A stretch of 63,862 nt of DNA, the filler included, from Octopus bimaculoides (Eukaryota), in the NCBI RefSeq assembly GCF_001194135.2. It is 8 parts of 8 records of this genome, joined end to end, with 100 filler letters (N's around TTAATTAATTAA, not from the genome) between each part and the next. Parts side by side here need not be neighbours in the genome. Positions count along the whole stretch, not along the records: positions 1 to 28,093 come from NC_068992.1; 7 more parts are not named here. One strand, 5' to 3'. The notes beneath the pieces were generated by a model that worked only from the letters and a program-made list of their open reading frames with translations, was not told the DNA's origin and did not search any database. Shown here one piece after another: positions 14,569 through 28,149 of this stretch; the first letter of the stretch is position 1, and every line of letters starts with the position of its first letter. A program made the position numbers and the translations under genes.

Positions 14569-17500
14569 ATATATATGTATATATATATATATACAGCAGT
14601 TTCATGCAGGTGAGATCATATTTGATAGAAATGGGATTATTTCTTTTCTACATATATTTGCGTTGAAACGTCTTTTTTTCTCACTTTTTGTTTGTTTCTA
14701 TTAGTAGAATTTGTATATTGTTTTGAATACAGAATCGTTCTTTTAGCCCTCGATTGCAACATTTAGTGTTCGATCTTGATTTCTTGTTGCTTGCCTTATT
14801 TCAGGACAATTCTCTATGGCTCTCTGTATCAATAGTTGATTTTAAACACTTTTCTGTTAGGTTTCTGGAAAGAGCAATGCAAATCCTTGCCATAATTTGT
14901 TTCCTTAACCTGTTGATTGTACTGAACACGCATTGATTTTGCTCTTTGTTTTGTTTTGCTTTGTTTGTTTGTTTTCTTTACTGCTCTGTGAGTAATGTTG
15001 TTACTTTCAATTTGTCTGGCTTTAGTTAGTCATAATTCTCAGTTTGCTATTTCTCACCTCTCTTCCACGTCGTTTCGGTTGTATTCTTTCGTATTTACTC
15101 TACATAAAAAATTTATTTACTTACCACGTAAATTGATTTATCGAATTTTTTATCGCTTTAGCTATGATTCGATGAATTCTTGTATAATTTTTTAGATATT
15201 GCTCTATGTATTTGTAAACGAATTTGTTCTTATCTATGCATGTAACTATGTGTAAGCGCTAGTGTGCATTTATGTTTTGTTTGTGTATGTATATATGTGT
15301 ATGTGTATATGCGAATATATGCATTCATGTATGACAGTATGGGCTTGTACGTGTGCGCCTTTATCGCATATATTTTCATATATTGACGTATCTATATAAA
15401 TTTACGGAAAGTAATCATTTCGACAAAATATGAAACTACCAAACAGTAATTAATAAACACCAAAACGTAGCTAACAAAATCTAGCTGAATCTCTAAACAA
15501 AATTTTTGTGATGAAATTTAACTAAAAACCCAAGCTTGTAATTCTGACCTTAATTAATCTTCCTATTTTGATAAGCATTTTTGCAATTGCCGATTTATTT
15601 AAGCACTGCTATATCACATCACTATGAAGGATCTTCTAATGGCTGTCCCACTCCGAGAAAATAAGGTGCTGGGGTTTTTATATACCAACCTTGAAAAGAA
15701 TACAAAATCAAATTAACCAAGTTCTAAACATTGAGTATTTCATGTTCTATGTATGAAACATTAATTTGCAGGATTTACATCGATCGAATCATAGTTAGTA
15801 ATTAAGTATACATTGATATGTCTCTGATTGTTATAACTATAACATATTCAATGCACGTTTTCAGTCATTCATTTAAAATGGAGTTTACTATAGGGATATT
15901 GAAACATAGACCCATTGCATTTGCTAATCGTAATTGTATCTGCTAGGGTTAACTATAGATCAGAGAAGAAATCTAACGACCAATGAGACGAGAATGCAAC
16001 TGGAATCCTAGTGTGAGGTTAAGTCATTTACAGGGTTAATTCTATTGGACGGAAACGTAGCTGCTATTTTAGTATTCGTAAAATACCATCTGTCACTGCC
16101 TAAATAAATTTTGGTCAACCGACCTGCTGAATACCTTCTACAGTATTTGCCAGATCTAGTTAAGGTTTCATAACTATAAATTATGATTAGATTTACCTCT
16201 ATATTTGCTAAGATCAATTTAAGTGTATTTTATTACTCCAGCTAATGTTTTCGGCTCTCCAGTGCATTGGTAATTCAAATAATCACCAAATTCTCATCCT
16301 TTTCGCTTGACTAGATTTAATTAACATTTGCTGTTAAGCCTATATTTCCCTCTGATCATTGCAAAGGAAATTTTAATTAATTGAAATATTTTGGATTGTT
16401 TCATTAACGGAGTTTTCCATTTCCATTCCATCTGTATTGATCTACTGCTGGATTAAACCCTGAAACATTCTTGTCTGTTTATCTCTGCTCATTGTAAGCT
16501 TACATGCCAACTGACCACTTGCGTGTTAGACAGGATGTTCTCATGCCCGTATGAGCAGCTCTGACCTTGAGTATCTAGTTTGTGTTTGAACTCAGAATAT
16601 AAAGGACTGGTACATATGTTGTATACTATCTTGTGCGACGCTCTAACAATTTCAGTGATATTTCACCCCTGAATATCCCTTTATTATTGCCGAACGAAAA
16701 ATATGAAATCATGTTATCTAACGCTAACCGGTATATCTTACGTAACAAAGTATGAGTGCTAAAACCTGAATGTGATGAATGTGTTAGGGGGTCTGTGAAT
16801 GTCTCCAGGTTTTCCACAAATAACAGCTAATTGTCGTTCAAACCGTAGAATCTTAAGAAAAAGAATACATTGGATAATGTAATTGTGAAAGTCTTCCTGT
16901 TAAAAATTAGTAGAAAACAAAGGTGGTTTGGTTGTGGGTTAATCACATTTGACCGAAAGACAAATCACATTTGTCTTTGGGCTAAACAATGACTATAGCT
17001 GATTTAAGCAACATTTCGTTTGCTATGAACATACTTGTAACTCTATGTGACACATCAAAGTCTTTTGATATGAGCTAGATATAGCAACCAAATTTCCAGG
17101 CCACAGAGGTATTGCAACGAAAGGATACACGAGATATGTACCTGGATAATATAAACTTCATTACAAGGGACGCTGGCCACATCTCGAATGTCTATAGATT
17201 TGTTCGATTAATGCTGATCAATTTAGAACAAAAGGAAACTACAATTCCCTTGCACATTACATTTCAGATTGATAATAACTTAATTATTTAATCATTTAAT
17301 TGTCTAATGAAGAGAACCAATACTCAGTTCCCAAATCTGTAACATTAAATAAGATTCACAAATCTCATCAGGAATAGCATAAATGTGTATTGGAGGTAAT
17401 TCTCTGACATACTTTAACTATCTCTTCTCCACGCATACGCAATAGACTGAGAGCAATGTAGAGTTAAGTTTTTTCTTAAAAGGTGAAGGAATAACGTAAT

Positions 17501-17934
17501 TGATGTAGCGAGCTGAGTAGTATTTTTAATTAATCAAGTTTATGATGGTTGGTAGAAAAAAATTGTTGGCTTTAACAGTTGGTTCTGGAGGGTAATGGGA
17601 GATAACTCTGAAATCTAAATTCATAAAAAAGTTGAATATGGCCAAGTAACAGATATGCGTTTTGATCTTTAATACATTGTGCGTTAAATAAAAATAAACA
17701 CTACAAAAGCTCTCTACTTGGTTATTTTGCTTCATATGCATATGTTGTTAGAAGAATTCGCATATCAGCCTTCCAGTTGAATACATTCTAGTATATAAAA
17801 TCACCCACCATTTCCTATATCTGTCTCCTTTCTCTCCCTCTCCCTCTCGCTTTCTATCTAATTATCTATCTACCTATCAGCCTGTCTATCGTTCTCTCTA
17901 TTGAACTGTTTCACTCCAAAATATATTACATAGA

Positions 17935-18157
17935 ATGTTAGTCCATATTACCCGTTCTCTCCAGCGTATATATATTCCTCCCTGGACACGACGTTGCTCC
18001 GTTGCAGGATTATTCATTTTCGCCAGCTGGTGAAGTACAGCAACGCGAAATGAAATATTTTGCTGAAGAGCACAAGCCATTGCTTAGTACAGGAGTCGAA
18101 ACAATAATTCTAGGATCACGAGTCCAACACACTAACCACTAACCTATGCGCCTCCAC
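17935..18157 (-). mobile_element. tRNA/CORE-type SINE (family E)
   Basis: Minus-strand tRNA-like head GGCGCATAGGTTAGTGGTTAGTGTGTTGGACTC, degenerate CORE, CCTGCAACGGAGC..TGTCCAGGG tail. Confidence 0.6.
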
Positions 18158-18575
18158 ATATTACACAGATATAAAACTTTAATATAACCGATACCACGAG
18201 TGTTATGTAAGATGCTCTAATTCATAATATCTCTAGCTCAGCAACTTATCGGCGAAATGCTCCACTTTCTGAGAAGACATGTTACCTAAACTACTAGTTA
18301 AGCAACTGGGATTTCGACCATAATATCATGGGATGAATTACTGCACCGAGCGGATAAGTGTTTGATTGGGCAAAGCACTTTTCTTCGCGTTATCCTAAAC
18401 CACTCAGCTGACAAATATGCGCATTAAGGTTGACAAACATCCGATCAACGTCAGTTTAGGTTGATAGCGTTAGAGAGTCAGTGGTCTAACGCAAATTATT
18501 TCCACATGGGATGAGATGTGTCAAATGGAGCATCCATCTTAAAGTAGGATAGTCATAATTTAATGATAGAATATT

Positions 18576-18905
18576 CCGCATGGCTCAGTGGTTAGAGCGT
18601 CGAGCTTACGATCGTGGGGTTGTGAGTTTGATTCTCGACTTGGCTGAGTGTTGTGTTCTTGAGCAAGACACTTAATGTCACGTTGCTCCAGTTCACTTCG
18701 CTGTAGAAATGTGTTGCGACGTCACTGGTGCCATCCTGTATCGGCCTTTGCCTTTCCCTTGTTTAGCATCGGTGGCGAAGGGGGTTGGGATGCTGGTATG
18801 CATGGGCGACTGCTGGTCTTCCATAAACAACCTTGCCCGGACTAGTCCCTCAGAGGGTAACTTTCTAGGTGCAATCCCATGGTCATTCATGACCGTAGGG
18901 AGTCA
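18576..18905 (+). mobile_element. tRNA/CORE-type SINE (family D)
   Basis: A-box TGGCTCAGTGG, B-box-like GAGTTTGATTC, CORE-like GTGTTCTTGAGCAAGACACTT. Confidence 0.7.
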
Positions 18906-18961
18906 CCCTTTTTTATTCCACAATGTGGTATAACCTGTCATTAAATTCTAGTGTAAAATGT

Positions 18962-19186
18962 TGGCACAAGGCCAGCAATTTTGAGGTAGGTACTAAGTCG
19001 ATTAAATCGACTCCAGTACTCAACTGGTATTTATTTTATCGACCCCGAAAGGGAAAAAGGCACAGTCGATCAAGGCGGCATTTGAACCCTGAACGTAAAG
19101 AGAGACGAAAACATGCCGCTCAGCATTCTGCCCGACGTGCGAAAGATTCTGCCCGACGTGCGAACGATTCTGCCAGCTCGCCATTT
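18962..19186 (-). mobile_element. SINE family B (octopus OR2-like) with a short tandem duplication in the head
   Basis: Reverse complement of the 33334-33565 family; ATTCTGCCCGACGTGCGAA repeated. Confidence 0.75.
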
Positions 19187-20512
19187 TAACCTATCGTTAA
19201 ATTTTGCCAGTGAAAAAGCAAAACGAACTGGTAGAAAACGGTCCCATGGTAGAACAACCGCGTTCGACTCACGTTAGTGGAGCTATGCATATGCACTTCA
19301 CTGGGATAATTAGAATTCAGTTTTAACACGTCTTCTTAGATTTAATAAAAAATAAATTGAGATAAGGGAGTAAAGTTCAACGATGAATGCAATGTGAGTA
19401 ATTGTTTTTAATTTACGTGTAAAATTTTTCACTTGCTCTAGAGAAACGGAAAGAGTTTTCCATTGTACTTAGTAGATCAGGATAAACTGCTTGAAGACAC
19501 AGGCAAGAACAATCCAATATGTTACATGACCTACCACCATTTTAATTCTTTAATCTAAATGTTGCGTTAAGATATTAATAAACAAAAGAAATATAGCGGT
19601 CACCCAAGAGATCTCAGACAGAAGGAGAGAGAGAGAGATGGAGAAGAAAGAATGAAATGAAGAGTGGGGAGATATAGAAGAGGGGAAAAGATAGCTAGAT
19701 AGAGAGGGGTAGGAAGGAACGGGGTGGAGAGGATGACATCAACGAATGAATGGAATTAAATGGAGAGCGTAAGAATTGTGGACAGAAGAATAGTTAACCA
19801 GCGAAGTTGTGAAGGTGATAGACAGAATGATGGAGTCTGTTCAACGAAGAAATAAGAGATTGATAAATAAGAATCAATCTTGGTGAATGGATTCATAGGA
19901 GAGATGTAGCTGCTGTGCCGTAGACGGCCGGAATGAGAGTTCGTACATAAATGCATACGTACAATAACGGATGCAAACATACGTACACACACACTCACAC
20001 ACACACACGCATAGGCACAGTTGTTTGTGTCTTAGTATGTGTGTATATGTGAATATAAATACACACACACTCACATTCATATGCAGATAGTTAGAGAGAG
20101 AGAGAGAGATTGAAGGAGAGAAGTGGAGGGAAGTAGGAAGAGGACAAGAGAGAAGACGGTGTTAGAGTGAGAGGACAGAGAGGAGAGAGACAGTAGAACA
20201 GAGTAGAGGAACAATAGTTGGATGAATAGATTTACACACAGCTAGATTGATTTATCGGTTCATTGATTGATTTAGAGGAGAAGAAAAAGTCAAAAGAAAG
20301 TGTTAGAGAGTGGAATATGTTGTTCGCCATTCCATAATGTCGCTACGGGTAAAAGAGCGAGAGTGAAGAAAAAGGGGAAATCGAAAGACAGAAGGAACTA
20401 ATATCTATAGATGATGATGATGATGACTATGATGACGATGATGACCAGACAGATCCACATATTTTCTCGAATGTGTTGCTAGTGTGTTCACGTGCGCTTT
20501 TGAATGTGTGTC

Positions 20513-20566
<54 letters not shown>

Positions 20567-21017
20567 AGAGAGAGAGAGAGAGAGAGAACGAAAGAGAGAG
20601 AGAGAACGAGCGTGTGTTTTCGGTTTGGTGTTATTATTTTAAAAGAATTTTAAGAGTATTAACAGAACCTTTACTGATGTGGGACCTGAAAACTAAAAAT
20701 TCCAAATATATTTGTTATGTAATTTGTTTCCAGTGGAATATCAAATCTACCAGACGAATTATTCAACGAAACTTCAAGTCCTATATAACTCATACATATG
20801 TAAGTGGATATATTTATGTGAGTGTATGTGTGTTAATGGAAAATCACAGGCAAACATAGATTAATTGATACAACAAACAACATACATATACAAGGGGGTG
20901 GGGAAAGTTTCTGGCCTTAAGGATGTCGCTAAATTCCTGGTTAGAGGCCCAAACTTCCGAGTTCCTTTACAGGGCTTTATTATTATTATCATTATTATCA
21001 TTACTATTATTATTATT

Positions 21018-21195
21018 AGCTGGCAAAATGCTCAGCGACATTTCATCCGTCTTTACGTTTTGAGTTCAATACCCGCCGAGTTCGACTTTGCCTTTCATCC
21101 TTTCGGAGTTGAAAAACATGTACCAGTTGAACACTGGAATCGTTGTAATCGATTTACCCACCTCTTCGGAAATTGCCGGTATTGTGCTGAAATTT
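21018..21195 (+). mobile_element. SINE family B
   Basis: Homology to 33334; starts after an (ATT)n tract. Confidence 0.7.
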
Positions 21196-21599
21196 GAAAT
21201 CATTATTATAGTTATTTTTTATCATCGTCACTACCACCATCATCATCGTCATCATCATCATCACCACCGTCATTATTGTTTCTGCTGCTCTGCTGTTTTT
21301 GCCGCCTTCTTGTTTCTGAAATGGTTTCATGTAATTAAACAGTGAAAGGTTTCTAATAGGAATTCAATTGCTTCCAATAATTAGAAGCAAATTTCTTTTA
21401 GAATTTAAGAAAATAAAATATGGTTCATTCACTTTACGATAATTAACATGTATTCTAAAACAACAACAAAAAGAAATGCTTTAGCCTTTTTCTTTGCTAC
21501 CATTCATACAAAATATAAACACATTTAAATCCGAGAAAAGCGGATTCCATACTCTCGCACATTCATGAAAAAGAACTAATATGAAAATGAGATATCCTT

Positions 21600-21785
21600 T
21601 CTAATAAATGCACAAGGCTTGAAATTGGGGCGGGGGAAAACTAGTCTATTACAGCTATCCCCAGTGTTTCACTGGTACGAAATTTAACGACACCGAAAAG
21701 ATGAAAGACAAAGTCGACCTCGGCGGGGATTTGAATTGAGAACATGAAGACGGTCGAAATGCCGGTAACTATTCTGCCAGCCTGC
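21600..21785 (-). mobile_element. SINE family B
   Basis: Homology to 33334; further fragments near 21850, 22355, 22490, 27170, 27530, 29890 and 32060. Confidence 0.65.
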
Positions 21786-23484
21786 TGCCTTAATAATAAT
21801 AATAATAATAATAGCAATAATAATAATAAAAATAATAATAATAACCTTTTCTACTAAAGGCACAAGACCTGAAATTTGGCGGGAGGGGACTAGTCGATTA
21901 TATTGACACCAGTGTTTTATTAGTACTTAAATATCGACCCAAAAAAAGGATGGCCCGTGTAAATGGGCCTACTCTGAACATACGCTTGTAAATGAGAGGG
22001 AATGTGAAGATTTTTTTTTTTGGAAATGAGTCAACGTTTGACAACCTAGATTTGTCGACTGTATAGAATGGGGACAAACATGAAGTAAGACAAAACAGCT
22101 AATAAAGTGATAGTAGCAGCAGCTGCCGGAAGTTCTACACAGTGGGACTGAAACCGATACCATGTGACCCAGAAGGAAACGTCTTACTGCATAACCACAC
22201 CTCAATAACCAAAATGCCTGTCATAAAATAGAGTTAAGAAATGGGATACGCATAGTTATATCAACTTTTATCATAGGTTTGCTCGACCACAAACGTCTTA
22301 GATTAAAACAACAACAATAATCTTTTATTGTGTGTGTGTTGGGGGGGTCGTCAGTTTTATCGACTCCAGCACTTGAATGGTACGTTTTTATCGACATCGA
22401 AATGATGAAAGGCGAAGTGGAACTAGGCGAAATTTGAACTCTGACTGTCAAAGCTCGCCGCCTTGACAATCGCAATAATGGTTTCAGATTTTGACAAAAG
22501 GCCAGCAATTTCGAGATATGGAGTAAGTCGAGTACATCGTCCCCAGTGCTCAACTGGTACTTAATTCATCGACCCTGAATGGACGAATGACAAAGTCGAT
22601 TTCAGCAGAATAATACCAATAATAATATTTTAATATTATTTTAATTTTAATAAGGTATATTCCTTACACGAAACACTGCTTCTACATTTTTAATATAGCA
22701 CCAAATTCTTGTTTCAGTACGTGATCCTTCCGCTGGATGGTTGCGAAAATTTTCTGCATATTTCGGAATAACAATATATTAGTTAAACCTTTATGTAATT
22801 TACCTTAATATAATTATTTCCTATTCTCTGAGTTAGGTAAATTCACTTCGCAATATGCACGATGAATTGTTAATTTCCGTGTATCTAATCTACATACACA
22901 TACATTTGTATACAGGAGTGGCTTTGTCGTAAGAAGTTTGCTTCCCAAACGTAAAAGGCAGAGAGAGAGAGAGAAAGACATATATATATATATATATATA
23001 TATATAACATAATAGGGTAAAAATTCGATATTAATTAATATCAATTTAATACCAGGAAACTAGCACATTAAAAGAATGAGAAGGTTCAGGAAAAAAAAAA
23101 TTTCGATATATATGTATATATATATACATCTCATAGAAAGGAGAATTTTGTGATCTAAAAGTTGAGTTATTTCTCGCTTGAAATTATATTTTTTGATTAT
23201 TATTTACCGAAAACGTTCTCCTTTGAAGCAGATTTCNNNNNNNNNNNNNNNNNNNNNNNNNNNNNNNNNNNNNNNNNNNNNNNNNNNNNNNNNNNNNNNN
23301 NNNNNNNNNNNNNNNNNNNNNNNNNNNNNNNNNNNNNNNNNNNNNNNNNNNNNNNNNNNNNNATCTAAGAGATACCGCCACGCTGAAAATAACAGTCAAA
23401 TCTTGACTCTAAACCACAATAAATGTTCATATAGCACGAATAGCGAAGACGAAGATAAAATAAACTAGCAAAAATACTGGGATA

Positions 23485-23548
23485 ATTCCAGGTCCCGGAT
23501 TTCTGGCTTTGCATAATAAAATGCTTTGCCTTCATCAGTGGAATACAC
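23485..23548 (-). ncRNA. type I hammerhead ribozyme motif, inverted copy with U16.1->C (predicted inactive)
   Basis: Reverse complement of 23902-23970, but reads GAAATCCGGGACC instead of GAAATCCGGGATC. Confidence 0.5.
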
Positions 23549-23901
23549 TCAGAAAAGCACATAAATACAAATATATATATATAGAGAGAGAGAGTCAACA
23601 TTTGACTTATTTTCAGCGTGGCGGTATCTCTTAGATACCCTATATTATAATTTTAAATAATTGTTACCTTTGATGGTTTTTATTCCCATGCTGGCCACTT
23701 GATAAAATCAATATTTTAAATATCGATCTTATCCTTATTTATATAAATTTATTTTGTCATATTTACTGCGGTAATATTCTGACCATATCGCACGATATGT
23801 GTGCATACGTGCATACGTGTATATATATGTATGTATACGTTCGTATATGTAAGTATATTGTATGTTTATATATATATATTTGTATTTATGTGCTTTTCTG
23901 A

Positions 23902-23970
23902 GTGTATTCCACTGATGAAGGCAAAGCATTTTATTATGCAAAGCCAGAAATCCGGGATCTGGAATTATAC
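23902..23970 (+). ncRNA. type I hammerhead ribozyme motif
   Basis: Stem I ATTCCA/TGGAAT; core CTGATGA; stem II GGC-aaa-GCAT/ATGC-aaa-GCC; GAAA; stem III ATC/GAT; AUC triplet; non-canonical A-A at the base of stem II. Confidence 0.6.
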
Positions 23971-24792
23971 AGTATTTTTGCTAGTTTATTTTATCTTCGT
24001 CTTCGCGCTATATGAACATTTATTGTGGTTTAGAGTCAAGATTTGACTGTTATTTTCAGCGTGGCGGTATCTCTTAGATACCCTATATTATAATTTTAAA
24101 TAATTGTTACCTTTGATGGTTTTTATACCCATGCTGGCCACTTGATAAAATCAATATTTTAAATATCGATCTTATCGTTATATATATATNNNNNNNNNNN
24201 NNNNNNNNNNNNNNNNNNNNNNNNNNNNNNNNNNNNNNNNNNNNNNNNNNNNNNNNNNNNNNNNNNNNNNNNNNNNNNNNNNNNNNNNNNNNNNNNNNNN
24301 NNNNNNNNNNNNNNNNNNNNNNNNNNNNNNNNNNNNNNNNNNNNNNNNNNNNNNNNNNNNNNNNNNNNNNNNNNNNNNNNNNNNNNNNNNNNNNNNNNNN
24401 NNNNNNNNNNNNNNNNNNNNNNNNNNNNNNNNNNNNNNNNNNNNNNNNNNNNNNNNNNNNNNNNNNNNNNNNNNNNNNNNNNNNNNNNNNNNNNNNNNNN
24501 NNNNNNNNNNNNNNNNNNNNNNNNNNNNNNNNNNNNNNNNNNNNNNNNNNNNNNNNNNNNNNNNNNNNNNNNNNNNNNNNNNNNNNNNNNNNNNNNNNNN
24601 NNNNNNNNNNNNNNNNNNNNNNNNNNNNNNNNNNNNNNNNNNNNNNNNNNNNNNNNNNNNNNNNNNNNNNNNNNNNNNNNNNNNNNNNNNNNNNNNNNNN
24701 NNNNNNNNNNNNNNNNNNNNNNNNNNNNNNNNNNNNNNNNNNNNNNNNNNNNNNNNNNNNNNNNNNNNNNNNNNNNNNNNNNNNNNNNNNNN

Positions 24793-24836
<44 letters not shown>

Positions 24837-25682
24837 GTATGTTTATATGTGTGTGTGTGAAGGATATATGTATACATAATTATATATACTCTATATATTA
24901 TCTGTCAATGTGTGTGTATATATGTGTGCGCGTGTGCGTATGAGCAAACATATACATATATTTAAGTATGTATGTATACAGAGATGTACAGACTCATTTA
25001 TATACACATACGCACTTACATAAAGTCGATTTTAAACTATTATAAGCGCATAAAACTGAATCAATAGGGACATCTTCGTTGTGGTTATCGCTGTTTATGA
25101 GCTCATAATTTTATATCTCATTGACTGACATCAGTACGCATCAACAAAAGAAAATGCATTCTAACAACAGAGTCCACAATACTTGTTTAGATTCAGTAAT
25201 GTTAAAGGAGAGCAATTATTGTACAAACAAAATAAGGTCGAAACAACAGTGTCTCATAGACCAGAACCTCATCCCACCCTACTACTTCGTTGAATCAACT
25301 GCATTCGCAACACACATCGTTTGAAGAAAAAATCTGTTCACCGAATGTGAAATACAATGACTGGCGTATTCATGTTCCAAACTAACAGAACGTATAAGAA
25401 TGAACATTTACGTAGTCAGTTTGGTTCTCGCTGTTTTAGGCTCTCAAACATTTACTACACGCACATATTTATGTATACATACTTACATGATGGCTGCCCC
25501 TTTGTTATCGAGTATGGCCATTGCACGAAGCTTAACTTAACGGTGCTGTGATCGAATGTGACTTTTTAGCCCAGCCAAAGATCTACAATGTCTTGCACAG
25601 AGTTGGCATCCAAAACCTTTACTGGCAATAGCTGACTGTTGTTGTAATGGGGCTCCATACATACATACGTATGTACATAAAT

Positions 25683-26175
25683 TGGGTGGCCCAAAAGTCA
25701 TTGACACGTTTCAGTTTTTAATAACTTCCTTGACTTTACAAATAAATACATGAAATTTTGATACATTATAAAGAACATAATGGCAATTAATATGCTCGAG
25801 ACAAATTTTGCAACACCACTACATCACATATGGAAAAGGAAATTGCGTAAATGGCAACCATTTTCGGATTCGCACGCCCGTACTCTTTCCAAAACTTGTA
25901 CCATAGCATCCTCAAGAAATTCATGTCCCACTTCGCTGATTTCTCTATTGATGTTCTCCTTCAGTTGCACTAGGGTCGCCGGTTTGTTGACGTGAATGCT
26001 CTCTTTCAGGTATCTCCTAAAAAAAAAAAAATCCCAGCTAGTCAAGTCTGGGGAAAGTGAAGACCAATTGACATTGCCGTAGCAAGAGATTGTTCTCTCT
26101 CTAAAGCATTGTCGTAGCAACTGCAGTGTTTCCCTTGTGGTATGAGAAGTTGCCCCATCTTGCTGGAACTATGTG
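25683..26175 (-). mobile_element. Tc1/mariner transposase 3' half (pseudogene) with TIR-like end
   Basis: FQQDGATSHTT...WSSLSPDLTSWDFFF..YLKESIHVNKPATLVQLKENI...RVRACESENGCH; GGGTGGCCCAAAAGT end. Confidence 0.85.
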
Positions 26176-26217
26176 TGAAGTCTACTTTGAATGGCCGGAC
26201 GCCAAAACTTCTCAGTC

Positions 26218-26485
26218 ATGGATACCTGAAAGAGAGACCCTGGAGCAACTGAAGGAGAACATCAATTGAGAAATCAGCGAAGTGGGGTCTGAAATTCTTG
26301 AGGGTGTTATGGTGCAAGTTTTGGAGCACAGGCGAAAGCGAAAATTGCTTCCATTTAAGCGATATCATTTTTTATATGTGACGTAGTGGCGTTGCAAATT
26401 TGACTCGTGCACAGTAATTTCCATTATGTTCTATACATTGTACCAAATTTTCATGCATTTATTTGTATGGTCAAAGACATTATTA
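26218..26485 (+). mobile_element. inverted second copy of the same mariner 3' end
   Basis: Reverse complement aligns to about 25735-26010. Confidence 0.8.
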
Positions 26486-28035
26486 TCCATTTAATCCTTT
26501 GGAAGAGTATTGATCAAACACTTGTTGATGTAACAATTGAAACATTCATCGTCGAAACCGAACAAGATCCTTGTATTTCCCCTTGGGTAAATGTGTGCTA
26601 GAATCACTAGATTGCTTATCCTGCTAAGCAGATGAAATTGTAGAACTGGCAGAGTGGCTGAATAAAATTAGCTATTTGTTTCCTACCCTTTCATCACTCA
26701 AATATCAATAACAACGCTTACCAGACAGGAGAAGATAAGAGTCAGACATGTTAACGTAAGTACCTGCCAGATAATGAGGTTAATAGAACTTACCTGCATT
26801 ACTTCATGTGACCTTCTGTCAAAGTCAAATGGGAAATCTTTACGTTCTACGTGAAAGCAAATGTATGGACTTCATGACTATCGTCGCTTCTGCGATTTCT
26901 GTTAGATACAGAAACAAAAGATATATACTGAAATATATTCGATTAACTATATTACTCGATCACTTTTATTTGTGACCCTGTACAGACCTCATTCTTTAGT
27001 TTGTACTTTCCATTTTGCAATTCATCACAACGAGGCCATGTAAACAAATGGACCATTCTTGTACTATATTATTAGTCTTCAGTTATATTTCCTTTCCTAT
27101 CTAAAATGTTTTATAGGATGTTAAATTATAGAAATCTGAATCATCCTCAATATTTACTTCCCTTATACATTATTTTTACCAAACCCGGAAGAATGAAAGC
27201 TAGATTGACCTCGGTGGCATTTGATGTCAGGAAGTGGAGGAGTGTTATGAAAGAAGTGTAGGTATTTCTTCCGAATTTCTAATGATTCTGCCAGTCCACT
27301 GCTCAAATGTACTGGCATTGATTCAATCAACTACAGACCCTCCCACGTCTCTAATTAATTTTTGGCTCATTGCCACAATATAAGGAATCAGATATAGCAA
27401 GAAATCGAGTGTGCAGTTGGTACATGCAAAATTTTGGCGAGCCTACAGTGTAGTTTCAATTCTTAGACGACAGATACTTCGCCAACTCCTTTAATGCTTT
27501 TTCCAGCTGGAATGAATATCCTTGTCTACTCTAAGCACAAGGCCCGAAATTTGGGGGGAAGAGGTCAGTCGATTAGATTTAATCCAGTACGCAACTGGTA
27601 CTTAATTTATTGGCACCGAAAGGATGAAAGGCAAAGTCCACCTCGGTGGAATAGCTGGATTGAATATCGTAACATAATATTTAACCTCCGCTGGTAGAAT
27701 ATAAGAACTGGGTATCCGAATGATGGTGGCACTACGTTGATTCTAGGCACGCCAGAAATAACTATCAAATCACCTTCAAAATACGTGTTATGAGCGCACA
27801 TTGAATAAAGCACTCTGTGATATATTGGCTGATTACAAAGTGAAAACTGGCGTGTCAAGGCTGGAATACCACCGGCTATAGGTTTGCTGCATCAGAACCG
27901 GTTTAGTCGGACGAATCTACCCCAATACTAATACTTTTATACCTGGTTCTTACTTCCTGTCCTTTTGCCAAACCGCTTATCAAGCGATGGTGGAGGACAA
28001 ACTCAGATACAAAGGCACACCTGCATATATGTCTG

Positions 28036-28082
<47 letters not shown>

Positions 28083-28137
28083 GCTAGGAATGCNNNNNNN
28101 NNNNNNNNNNNNNNNNNNNNNNNNNNNNNNNNNNNNN

Positions 28138-28149
28138 TTAATTAATTAA
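28138..28149. other. assembly linker TTAATTAATTAA in an N gap (also 36172, 42998, 46491, 54565, 60626, 62404)
   Basis: Identical 12-mer with stops in all six frames, centred in 100-bp N blocks seven times. Confidence 0.95.

Noticed and set aside
26700-26900. Minus-strand donor-like sites as Kv exon 2
   Set aside because: No frame resembles S1-S6 and the region is across an assembly linker
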